64,000 nt of DNA from the NCBI GenBank assembly GCA_044221365.1, contig JBGAPH010000012.1:1476-65475 (forward strand), read 5' to 3'. The translations under genes were made by a program, and so were the position numbers. The stretch is from Pirellulales bacterium (GTDB lineage Bacteria; Planctomycetota; Planctomycetia; Pirellulales; JBGAPH01). Below are positions 18,951 through 27,529 of the stretch, one piece after another. How positions within the stretch are numbered: the stretch's first letter is position 1; each line of letters begins with the position of its first letter. Below the pieces are notes generated by a model. It searched no databases. It was not told the DNA's origin and worked only from the letters and a program-made list of their open reading frames with translations.

Positions 18951-19205
18951 CTAATAGGCGAACCACGACCAGATCAACGTTGCCAGCGCGACGCCGGTTG
19001 CAACGATCAACAGCGCGAGCGTGAGCTCTTCGGACAACAAGCTCGGTCGCACGCGCGGTGGACAGAGCTGGCCGAACTCGATGCCGCGTTGGAACTCGTA
19101 GAGGCCCCGGCCCAAGCTCTCACCGACTTCGGGCAGCCGGCGGCCGAACAACAGCACGGCCACACCCAGGATCACGAGCATTTCCGTCGTACCAAGCCCA
19201 AACAT
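18951..19205 (-). CDS. tatA: Twin-arginine translocase subunit TatA/E-like, with an unusual extra C-terminal hydrophobic segment
   Basis: MFGLGTTEMLVILGVAVLLFGRRLPEVGESLGRGLYEFQRG is a canonical TatA TM-hinge-amphipathic helix. ATG at 19203-19205; the track ORF has a 27-aa upstream extension. Confidence 0.7.
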   Translation of the reverse strand: MFGLGTTEMLVILGVAVLLFGRRLPEVGESLGRGLYEFQRGIEFGQLCPPRVRPSLLSEELTLALLIVATGVALATLIWSWFAY

Positions 19206-19352
19206 GGCGCTACCTCCGCCCCTCAGTCTACACACCGGCAGCACCTTCAGCACCCGTAGGGTGAGGCGAGCTTTTGCGAGCCCCACCGCGTTTCGGCAGT
19301 TGGGCGAGGTCGGTATGTCAGCGCGATTCCGCGTGGGGCTGCCGCCACAACG

Positions 19353-20021
19353 CTACCGCAGAAAGCTAAGCACTAACTCGAGCACCACCAGGTACGCATT
19401 CCCCCAGGTTTCGCGGCGGAAGAACCGCACCGGCGAGCCCGGGTCGCCGACGAAGGGGCGCAGCATCCAGCCCATCTGAATGCCGACAAACGCGTAGAGC
19501 ACGAGCCAAAGCTGGAGCATGCGGCGGTGACGCGGGGCGGCGGCAATCAGGGGCCGATAGTGCCGCCGCAGCACGCGCTGGGCGGCCAGGCTGGCCACCA
19601 GGAACAAGCCGGCGTTGGCCAGGATCGTTAGCCGGTAGTTGTCGCTCGACAAGTTCCACACCACGACCAGCGGCGCGAGCGACGCCAGCACGATCGCCAC
19701 GGCCGCTTGGGCCGCCAACAGGGCCGCGAACGCCCGGGCGAAGTCGCGCTGCAGGCCGGCCAGCGTGTTGAACACATAGAAGCTGGGCAGGCTCAACAGC
19801 CAGGTCGCCAGGAGTAAGAGCGGCGCCTTGGCCGCCGAATAGGCGATCTGCCACAGGCGGTCGTCGGCCAGCCCGCCGAAGCTCCCCATCGCGGCGCCGT
19901 AGATCGCGCCGCCGAGCACGATCTCGGCCGCCAGGCTGCGGCGGTGCAGCCGCGGCAGCGACTCCAGCAGGGCGAACCGGCCGCGAAGCAGGCCGTCGGC
20001 ATGGGTGAGCAGCGCCGTCAT
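19353..20021 (-). CDS. Polytopic membrane protein of unknown function (paralog of 20028..20876)
   Basis: 5-6 TM segments; shares LPSFYVFNTLAGLQ and WMLRPFVGDPGSPVRFFRRETWGNAYL blocks with its neighbour. Confidence 0.55.
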   Translation of the reverse strand: MTALLTHADGLLRGRFALLESLPRLHRRSLAAEIVLGGAIYGAAMGSFGGLADDRLWQIAYSAAKAPLLLLATWLLSLPSFYVFNTLAGLQRDFARAFAALLAAQAAVAIVLASLAPLVVVWNLSSDNYRLTILANAGLFLVASLAAQRVLRRHYRPLIAAAPRHRRMLQLWLVLYAFVGIQMGWMLRPFVGDPGSPVRFFRRETWGNAYLVVLELVLSFLR

Positions 20022-20027
20022 GGCAGC

Positions 20028-20876
20028 CTAGCCCCACAGCGTCTGCAAGACGCCCCAGACCGCCTCGAAGAAATTCGAGTTGCGCGGGCGGAACCAAGTG
20101 AAAGGCTGGTCGGGATTGCCGATGAACGGACGCAACAGCCAGCCCAACTGCGCTCCGACGAGCCCGAACAAGAAGATCCAACAGCCGAAGACGGTCTTCA
20201 CGTGCCCGCCCAGGACGTGGCCTGCCAGGCGGTCGAGGGCGCCAGGATCGGCCGAGGGAGGCGCAGGAGGTGGGGGCGAGGACTCCTCGGCTGGCGGGAA
20301 TTCGCCCTCGGCTGGGGCCGGCAGGGGCACGGGCAGCGCCAAGGGCGGCAGCCGCCTGAGCGCCGCCCACTCGCTGGCCACGCTCAGGCGATGGAGCGTT
20401 TGCAGCAGAAAAAGCAGCCCCAGCGCCCCGGCGGCGGAGAACGCCAATACGTTCAGCAAAACCATGAAGGCGTAGCTCGTCGTGCTCACGGAGAAGAAGG
20501 CCACGATCGGCCCCAGCGACGAGAGGACCGCCAGGTTGACTCCCAAAGAGGCCACCAGCAGCCGTAGCACCGAAAGGACCCCCAACTGCGAGCCCACCAG
20601 CGCATTGAACACGTAGAGCGACGGAAACGTGACCACGAGCGTCAGCAGGAACAAGGCCGGCACCTTTACGGCGCTGGCCACCGCCTGCTGCCACACCGGT
20701 CCGCCGGGGTGAAACATTCCGAAGGCGCCCATGCACAGTCCGTACAAGGCCGCCAGCACAAACACCACCACGCTCAGGCGCCGGGCCGAAATGACGAGCC
20801 CGCCTTCGCGGAGGTCGGCCACGCGGGTCGCTTCGCCGCGGAGGATCTGATCCAGTTCGTGGAGCGCGCGTCGCAT
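20028..20876 (-). CDS. Polytopic membrane protein of unknown function (paralog of 19353..20021) with a Pro-rich insertion
   Basis: Blocks FPSLYVFNALVGSQ and WLLRPFIGNPDQPFTWFRPRNSNFFEAV align to the neighbour. ATG at 20874-20876; the track's upstream extension overlaps tatD. Confidence 0.55.
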   Translation of the reverse strand: MRRALHELDQILRGEATRVADLREGGLVISARRLSVVVFVLAALYGLCMGAFGMFHPGGPVWQQAVASAVKVPALFLLTLVVTFPSLYVFNALVGSQLGVLSVLRLLVASLGVNLAVLSSLGPIVAFFSVSTTSYAFMVLLNVLAFSAAGALGLLFLLQTLHRLSVASEWAALRRLPPLALPVPLPAPAEGEFPPAEESSPPPPAPPSADPGALDRLAGHVLGGHVKTVFGCWIFLFGLVGAQLGWLLRPFIGNPDQPFTWFRPRNSNFFEAVWGVLQTLWG

Positions 20877-20991
20877 GGATTGAGCTCGCCTTTGGTCGTG
20901 GAGATTCCGCCCCGCCGGAGATGCTTTACGACGCAAAGCTCGCCCCGGTTCGGACGGCCTCCCGCAATTTCCCCAGGGCGATGGGGCGGAC

Positions 20992-21771
20992 TCAGCCCGG
21001 CAGGCGAAACAGCCGCCGCGCGTTGGCCGTCGTCTCGGCGGCCAACGTCTGGAGCGGAACGCCCCGCGCCGCGGCCAGGCAGGTTGCCGTGTGGACGACG
21101 TAGGCCGGCTCGTTCCGTCTTCCGCGCAAAGGGTGCGGCGCAAGATAGGGGCTGTCGGTCTCCACCAGCAGCCGGTCGGCCGGAACCGTGACGGCGACCG
21201 CCCGCAGCTCGGTCGACTTCTTGAAGGTGACCATGCCGGCAAAGCTGATGTGCAGCCCCAACGCGACACATTCAGCGGCCGTCTCGGCCGTGCCGGTGAA
21301 GGAGTGCATTATTCCCTGCAGCGGTCCGCGGGCAGCCGCTTCCCGGAGCATGGCTAGCACGTCCGCGTCGCTCTCGCGGGTGTGGACTACGAAGGGCAGC
21401 CCCAACTCCTGCGACAGCCGCAGATGCCGGTCGAAGTAATCCTGCTGCAGCGGCAGCGGCGCATAGTCCCAGTAACGGTCGAGGCCCGTCTCGCCAAGCG
21501 CGACCACCTTGGGGCGGCTCGCCAGGGCCACGACTTGGTCCCAGTCGTCGGGCCCGGCCTCGGCCACGTGGTTGGGCTGGATGCCGACGGCGGCGAAGAC
21601 CGCTGCGTACTCTGCGGCCAGGTTGACCGCCGTGGCGCTCGAGGCGGCGGTCGTGCCGATCGCCACGATCGCAGACACTCCGGCCGCCCCTGCCCGCTCG
21701 ATCACCGCCGACAGTTCGGCGGCGAACTGCTCGTCGTCGAGATGGGCATGCGTGTCGATGAGCTGGTTCAT
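20992..21771 (-). CDS. TatD-family metal-dependent hydrolase (DNase)
   Basis: LIDTHAHLD N-terminal motif and conserved His/Asp/Glu pattern; ATG at 21769-21771. Confidence 0.85.
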   Translation of the reverse strand: MNQLIDTHAHLDDEQFAAELSAVIERAGAAGVSAIVAIGTTAASSATAVNLAAEYAAVFAAVGIQPNHVAEAGPDDWDQVVALASRPKVVALGETGLDRYWDYAPLPLQQDYFDRHLRLSQELGLPFVVHTRESDADVLAMLREAAARGPLQGIMHSFTGTAETAAECVALGLHISFAGMVTFKKSTELRAVAVTVPADRLLVETDSPYLAPHPLRGRRNEPAYVVHTATCLAAARGVPLQTLAAETTANARRLFRLPG

Positions 21772-21897
21772 GCGCAAGATTGGGCCCGCACTGCGGGCGC
21801 GGTAAGCAGGTGCGGCGTCGATTCTCGTTTGGCTGGCGGCCGCGGCGCGCGAACGCAGCAATCCCGCTTCGGCATTCCGCACTCGGAGAATTGCGGG

Positions 21898-23775
21898 CTA
21901 CTTGGCGTCGAACTTTTCGATCTTTAGGGTATCGAACATTCGGCCCTCGAGATCAAAGGCCTTGAACTCGAGTGTGCGGCCGTTCACGCCCACTCGGCAG
22001 TAATGGTGGCCGTGATTCACCGTGTTCTGGAAATACGGCTTGATCGGCCCCGCCGTCTCCAGTCCGCCGCCGCCGCCGCCGGTGACCAGGTAGATGGTGC
22101 CGCCGCGATCGACCGGTTTGTCGTCCACCAGCGGCCAGCTCCGCTCGTAAGAGTGGATGTGGCCGTTCCATACGATGTCAACGCCGTACTTGTCGTACAG
22201 CTTCGAAAGGGGCCGCAGCCGTTGGTCGCCCCACTCGCTCTTGCCGCGCCACAGATCGCCGTAGTCGTCTTCGTCCGACGAATACGAGGGATGATGATAC
22301 GACACGAACTTCCAGGCGGCCTTGCTCGCGGCCAGTTCCTTTTCGAGCCACTTGTACTGCTCGCTGTCAGGGCCCACTTCTTTGTTCGAGTCGAGCATGA
22401 AGAACTGGGCGTTGCCGTACTTGAACGTGTAGTAGTACTCCGGGTCAGGCAGCGACATGTAGTCGTAGTAGTGGCGGGCATTGCGCTCGTGGTTGCCGAG
22501 CACCGGGAAGAAGGCCACCCGCGAGATTAGCGGCTGCATGCCGGGGAAGAACTCGTCGGTCCACTGCCGCTTGTTGGGCCCGGTGTCGACCAGATCGCCG
22601 GGCACGACGATGAAGTTGGGCCGGTGGAGCCACATCATGTCCGAGAGCACTTTGCACACCGTGGGGTTGTGCTGGGTGTCGCCAATCACGCAAAAGGCGT
22701 AGGGCGTGTCCTCTTTGCTGGCCGTCTGGAACGAGAGGAGCGGGCTCTTGATCGTGCGGCCGCGGTCGTCGGTTGCCTCGACCACATAGTAGTGCCCGGT
22801 CTCGACCGCCAGGTTCGAGAGCCGCACTTCGTGCAGCGTCTGATCGCTCTTCGACTCGGCCGTGTTCGGCAGCTTATCGTTCTCGCCATACTTCACGAGC
22901 CCCTTGGCCGGCCGCGAAGTCTCCCACATCACGGTCATGCCGTCCTGCGTGGCGAACTGCAGATAGGGAGCGACGACGAACCGCAGTTCGTCCTCGGGAC
23001 CTGATTCGGCGACGGCCTCGGCTAGTTCGCTGCCGTGCTCGAAGTCGTGCGCCACCCACTTGGCGGTGGCGGCCAACTCGTAGATCGAGATCTCGCGAAT
23101 CAGCCCCTTGTGGCTCACGCGTTCGTCAGTGTCGGCCCAACCGCCAAGGACATAGGGCGTGCGGTGGGCGTAGACGATCGGTCCCGTTTGCTCGGCGCTC
23201 GAGGCCTCGAGTTGGCCGTTGACGTAAAGACGCATCTCGGCGCCGTCGTACACGCCGACCACGTGATAGAACTTGTTGGGCTGAAACTCCGTTTTGCCTC
23301 GGATGGTGGTCAGCCGGCCGTTGCCGTCTTCTGCTCCCTCAGCGGCGACCGTAAACGTGAACGCCTTTTCGTCGTAGCCAATCAGCCAACCCCGCTCCCC
23401 TTCGGCCTGCTTCTGGAAGGAGCTCGCAAGGCCGCCACGCGGACGTCCTTCGTCGACCGTGGCCCAGATCGAGACCGTCAGGTAGTTCCGCGGCCGGAAC
23501 TGATGCCAGTCCTTCGACTCGGGGATTTCGAGCAGATCCTGCACGCCGTCGAACCGCAGCGAATGGCCAAAGCGGTCTGGCGTGAGCACAGGAGCGCCGA
23601 TGACCACGGCGTCGGGGCCCAGCCGGGCTTTCAGCGTTTTGCCGTCGTAGCGCTGAGGGTTCGGAAACCAGTGGGCCACCGGATCGGGGCCTTCGTGGGC
23701 CCAGACGGGCGCACTGCTGGCCAGGGGCAGGCTGAGCGCAAACAGATAGACGAGCAGGAGGGCGGGGCGCGGCAT
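21898..23775 (-). CDS. Secreted purple-acid-phosphatase-like metallophosphoesterase (paralog of 214..2058)
   Basis: Same domain order and motifs (GDTQHN, GDLVDTG, GNHE, WNGHIHSYER); signal peptide; ATG verified. Confidence 0.8.
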   Translation of the reverse strand: MPRPALLLVYLFALSLPLASSAPVWAHEGPDPVAHWFPNPQRYDGKTLKARLGPDAVVIGAPVLTPDRFGHSLRFDGVQDLLEIPESKDWHQFRPRNYLTVSIWATVDEGRPRGGLASSFQKQAEGERGWLIGYDEKAFTFTVAAEGAEDGNGRLTTIRGKTEFQPNKFYHVVGVYDGAEMRLYVNGQLEASSAEQTGPIVYAHRTPYVLGGWADTDERVSHKGLIREISIYELAATAKWVAHDFEHGSELAEAVAESGPEDELRFVVAPYLQFATQDGMTVMWETSRPAKGLVKYGENDKLPNTAESKSDQTLHEVRLSNLAVETGHYYVVEATDDRGRTIKSPLLSFQTASKEDTPYAFCVIGDTQHNPTVCKVLSDMMWLHRPNFIVVPGDLVDTGPNKRQWTDEFFPGMQPLISRVAFFPVLGNHERNARHYYDYMSLPDPEYYYTFKYGNAQFFMLDSNKEVGPDSEQYKWLEKELAASKAAWKFVSYHHPSYSSDEDDYGDLWRGKSEWGDQRLRPLSKLYDKYGVDIVWNGHIHSYERSWPLVDDKPVDRGGTIYLVTGGGGGGLETAGPIKPYFQNTVNHGHHYCRVGVNGRTLEFKAFDLEGRMFDTLKIEKFDAK

Positions 23776-23891
23776 GGCGTGTTCCGAAAGGCGGGGCGAA
23801 TCAGGGGCGTGCTAGGCCGAATATCGACCGCTCGCCCCGCCCCGTCAACCGCCGCGCGCGGGATTCACGCGGATCTAACGTCGCAAGGCGC

Positions 23892-24185
23892 TTAGCCCGG
23901 CGTGCGGGCGCGGCTGCGGCGGCGCCCCGACTTCGTCTGCACCCACTCCTTGGTGAGCGTTTCGAAGACCTCGGGGGTCTCGTAACGGACGATGTTCTTC
24001 CCCTCAGGCATCGGGCCGATCAGGCCGCGAAAGACCGGCAGGCCGCGCAAGCCCAGGTCGGTGCTGCAGTCGTCGATGCCGATCTGCGTGTGCATCCGCT
24101 GCAGATTCTCGGCTTTGTTGTAGTCGCGAATGCGGAGCTTGCCGTCGACGCCGCGGCTGACGATGCGGAACGTGTCACGAGACAT
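23892..24185 (-). CDS. Hypothetical small protein (97 aa)
   Basis: Internal ATG of a longer track ORF, downstream of the FHA-kinase gene; no recognisable domain. Confidence 0.35.
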   Translation of the reverse strand: MSRDTFRIVSRGVDGKLRIRDYNKAENLQRMHTQIGIDDCSTDLGLRGLPVFRGLIGPMPEGKNIVRYETPEVFETLTKEWVQTKSGRRRSRARTPG

Positions 24186-24376
24186 GGGCAGCAACTCCTG
24201 GGGAGGGCAAGCAGAGAGGGACCGGGCGACCAAGGGAGAGTATCGTCCGCCGCAGAGGCCCGTGCGCAACCGACTTGCGCTCCGCCACACAGCGCGATTC
24301 TGCGCCAAAACCGGCACAACGCGGGCGTCGCATCCGTGCGCCACCGCCGGCGCTCTCGGCGCAACCGACGTGCCGG

Positions 24377-26116
24377 CTAGAACGTCTCGGCAGGGGGCTC
24401 CGGCGGTCCGGCCAGTGAGATCGTTTGGGAGAGCGCCGGAGTCGAGGAACTCAGCCCCGCCGGGATCTCAATGACGAACCGGCTGCCAACGCCCGGCTGG
24501 CTGGTGACGCGGATTTCGCCGCCGTGCTCCCGCACGATTTTGTGGCTGACCGCCAGTCCCAGCCCCGTTCCGCGGCCCCCCTTGCGCGAGAAGAACATCG
24601 TGAACAGCTTGTCGAGATCGTCGGCGGCGATGCCGGCGCCGTTGTCGGCCACGATGGCCAAGAGGCGCCCGCGCTCGGCGTCATAGCCGGTAGAAACGGA
24701 CACGCTCGCGCCCTCGACGCCTTCGCAGGCGTCAATCGCGTTGGTCACGATGTTCAGCACGGCCCGGTGCAGCCCCTCGGCGTCGAACGTGGCCGTGGGG
24801 AGCGAAGGATCGAGCTGCTCGACGAGCTCCACCTTGGCCTCGAGAGCGCGTTGCTGCATCAACTCCACCACGTCGGCCGCCACTTCGTTCAGGCTGGCGG
24901 GCGCCAGATCGGGCTCGCGCTCCTTGCTGAAGCTGAGCATGTCCATCACCAGGTTGTAGATCTTCTCCTGGTTGCGCTCGACCATTTTCCAACCTTTGCG
25001 CACCACCTCCTCGTTGTGCTGCTTGAGCCCTTCCTCGATCAGGTAGCTCGCCCCGCGCACGCCTTGCAGAATGTTCTTCACGTGATGTGAAAGCGTAGCG
25101 ATCGTTTGGCCAATGGCGGCCATCCGCTCGGCCTGCACCATGGCCGAGTAGTAGGTGGTGTCTTCGACCGCCAGGGCCGCCTGGTGGGCGATGGCGATCA
25201 TCAGCTTCAGGTGCTCCTCGGTGAACTTGTCGACGTGCCCTTCGGCGAGCACGCGCTCGGCGGGAGTCAGCGTGTCGATGTAGATCACGCCGACCACGTC
25301 GTACCGCCCCCGCATGGGCACGCAAATCGCCTCGCGCACGCCTGCCTGCACGATGCTCTGGCCGGCGTCCCAGCGTTGGTCCTGACGGGCATCGCTCGTC
25401 AGCACCCCTTCGCCCCGCTCGACCACGTAATCGAGAATGGTTTGGCTAATCGTCATCTTCCGCCGGTCGCTGCGCCCTCGGCGGTTGCGGCGGGCCTTGG
25501 GGGCGAGCCGGCGGGTTTCAGGGTCAAACAGCATGATGCAGCCGCGGTCGGCCTCGACCCATTCGAAGATGAGCTGCAAGATCCGCTGCAAAAGCTGGTC
25601 GATGTCGAGTGTGTGGCTTACGGCCAGCGACGTACGGACCATGATCTGCAGGTTGCTGCGAGCCTGGGCCAAAAAGGCCGCTTCGGCGTCGGGGCCGGCC
25701 GATTCCGGCGGGCGGGTGGGTTCTTCGTCGCTGAGCGTGCGGACGATACGCGAGGCGTCGTGCTGCCCCACGATGTCGATCTGTTCGGTCAGTCCGGCCG
25801 CCGGCTGGCTAGGGCCGGTGTAGAGCATCAGCGTGCCGCCGATTTGCACCTGGTCGCCGCTGGCCAGCGGCTGCTCGTCTTCGATCCGGCGGCCGTTCAG
25901 ATAGGTGCCGTTCGAGCTGCCCAGGTCGGACAGCAGGTAGTGCCCGCCGTCGCGGCGGAGCTGGGCATGGCGGCGGGAGACCTCGGTGTCGTTCACCTGC
26001 AGGTCGCTGGACCCATCGCGCCCGAGCGACGAAAGCTCCTCGGTAAGCTCGAAGCGAGCCCCCTGGTTGCGGCCACGAATGACGAACAGCGACGGCACGA
26101 GGCTGGGCTCCGGCAA
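24377..26116 (-). CDS. FHA domain - GAF domain - sensor histidine kinase (HisKA + HATPase_c); start is TTG at 26116 or GTG at 26098
   Basis: FHA (GRNQGARFEL...SRRHAQL...SSNGTYLNG); H-box TLSHHVKNIL; N/G boxes DNGAGIA...GGRGTGLGLAVS. Confidence 0.85.
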   Translation of the reverse strand: MPEPSLVPSLFVIRGRNQGARFELTEELSSLGRDGSSDLQVNDTEVSRRHAQLRRDGGHYLLSDLGSSNGTYLNGRRIEDEQPLASGDQVQIGGTLMLYTGPSQPAAGLTEQIDIVGQHDASRIVRTLSDEEPTRPPESAGPDAEAAFLAQARSNLQIMVRTSLAVSHTLDIDQLLQRILQLIFEWVEADRGCIMLFDPETRRLAPKARRNRRGRSDRRKMTISQTILDYVVERGEGVLTSDARQDQRWDAGQSIVQAGVREAICVPMRGRYDVVGVIYIDTLTPAERVLAEGHVDKFTEEHLKLMIAIAHQAALAVEDTTYYSAMVQAERMAAIGQTIATLSHHVKNILQGVRGASYLIEEGLKQHNEEVVRKGWKMVERNQEKIYNLVMDMLSFSKEREPDLAPASLNEVAADVVELMQQRALEAKVELVEQLDPSLPTATFDAEGLHRAVLNIVTNAIDACEGVEGASVSVSTGYDAERGRLLAIVADNGAGIAADDLDKLFTMFFSRKGGRGTGLGLAVSHKIVREHGGEIRVTSQPGVGSRFVIEIPAGLSSSTPALSQTISLAGPPEPPAETF

Positions 26117-26521
26117 GTCGGCAAGGACACACTGATAATTCTAGAGTTCGGCGAAACCTCTCGAAAGCCGAGCGGTGGCCTCCGGCGGCCCGAAGGTCCA
26201 AAATCGGAACGGGCAGAACGGTTGCGCAAAGTCGGGCGTCGGCTGGAGCAGTTTCCGCGGGGAGGTTCCCCTGCGGCCGCACGTCCAACACGAAATTGTG
26301 ACTCTCGAGGGGACTATGAAATCCCCCCTGGCGGATTCATGTTCATGTCCCGACTGGATGCCGATCACACGCAGTTGTGAAATCGCGGTTAACTTCCTTG
26401 ACCTCGACCTGACCAAAAAGTTAGGATTAAACCCAATTGATCGTCTGGGCCGTTTCTAGCGGCAGTTTCTCGGCGGGTTTCGGGCGACCCAGCGCCCAGC
26501 AGGGTGTGGGAGGCGCAAGCC

Positions 26522-27523
26522 ATGTTCAGGCAGTTTCGTGCAGTTCGAGTTGTGCTGGCCACGGCGCTTTCGTGGTCCGTTGGCCTCTTGGTCGCGGTCG
26601 GGGCGGCCCTTTCGTCCGGTCAAGCGATTGCCGCCCCGCTCTATGCGATCCAGACAATCGATGTGCCGGGGGCATCGAGCACCGAGGTCCGTGGGATCAA
26701 TAACCTCGGTCACGTCGTGGGCCGGTACTTTGCCGCCGACGGGAGCATTCACGGGTTCTTCTACGACGGAGCCGAGTTCCGGGAGATCGCCTTCCCCGGC
26801 GCTTACCAAACCGACGCCATCGGAATCAACGACCAGGGGCAGATCGTCGGCACATACGTAACGTCGACGCCGGATCGACAGAGCGTTGGCTTTCTCTTCG
26901 ATGCGGGCCATTATGCGCCGATCTTGGGGCCTGGAGGAGCGTCGGCAGCGCTCGAAGACATCAACAACAAGGGGGAGATTCTTGGATTCTCCGGCGACCT
27001 CGCTTCAGGGGCGAGTTTCATTCTGACCGGCTCGACCTATCGAACGGTCACGGTCGACGGAGCGCGGCTGACGCGCGCAACCGGGCTGAACGACGCCGGC
27101 GATGTCGTCGGATTTGCCTACTTTGGAGCGGTCCCCGACCTAACCGATCCCAGACCTGCGGATGTGCGGGCCTTTTCGGTGCTAAACCAAACCGCCGTGC
27201 CGTTCCCGCTCGCCGGCCAGTCGTACCTCGAAGCAATCAACAATGATCGCTGGACCGTCGGTTCCAACTTTACGGGACTTTGGGATCAAGGAACCACTCT
27301 CGATCGGTTCCTCTACAGGCCTGCGGACGGCTCGTCGCTAACGCTCGATTGGACGCGATTCGCGTTCGACCTGAACGATTCGGGTCAACTCGTCGGTTAC
27401 TTCGCGGACGGCCTGACGGCGCGGGGCTTCATTGCGACGCCCGTGCCGGAGCCAAGCTCTTGTATGCTTGCCGCTATCAGCATCTTCGCTCTCATTTTCG
27501 TGAAGTTGGATCATTGGAGGTAA
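26522..27523 (+). CDS. Secreted HAF-family repeat protein with PEP-CTERM sorting signal
   Basis: Six repeats of INNLGHVVG / INDQGQIVG / LNDAGDVVG type; C-terminal VPEPSSCMLAAISIFALIFVKL. ATG at 26522; the track shows an upstream GTG. Confidence 0.75.
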   Translation: MFRQFRAVRVVLATALSWSVGLLVAVGAALSSGQAIAAPLYAIQTIDVPGASSTEVRGINNLGHVVGRYFAADGSIHGFFYDGAEFREIAFPGAYQTDAIGINDQGQIVGTYVTSTPDRQSVGFLFDAGHYAPILGPGGASAALEDINNKGEILGFSGDLASGASFILTGSTYRTVTVDGARLTRATGLNDAGDVVGFAYFGAVPDLTDPRPADVRAFSVLNQTAVPFPLAGQSYLEAINNDRWTVGSNFTGLWDQGTTLDRFLYRPADGSSLTLDWTRFAFDLNDSGQLVGYFADGLTARGFIATPVPEPSSCMLAAISIFALIFVKLDHWR

Positions 27524-27529
27524 GCAGCC

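Noticed and set aside
20992-21771. TatD as part of a tatABCD operon with the tatA-like gene
   Set aside because: TatD is a DNase unrelated to Tat export. No tatB or tatC is present, and two unrelated membrane-protein genes intervene.
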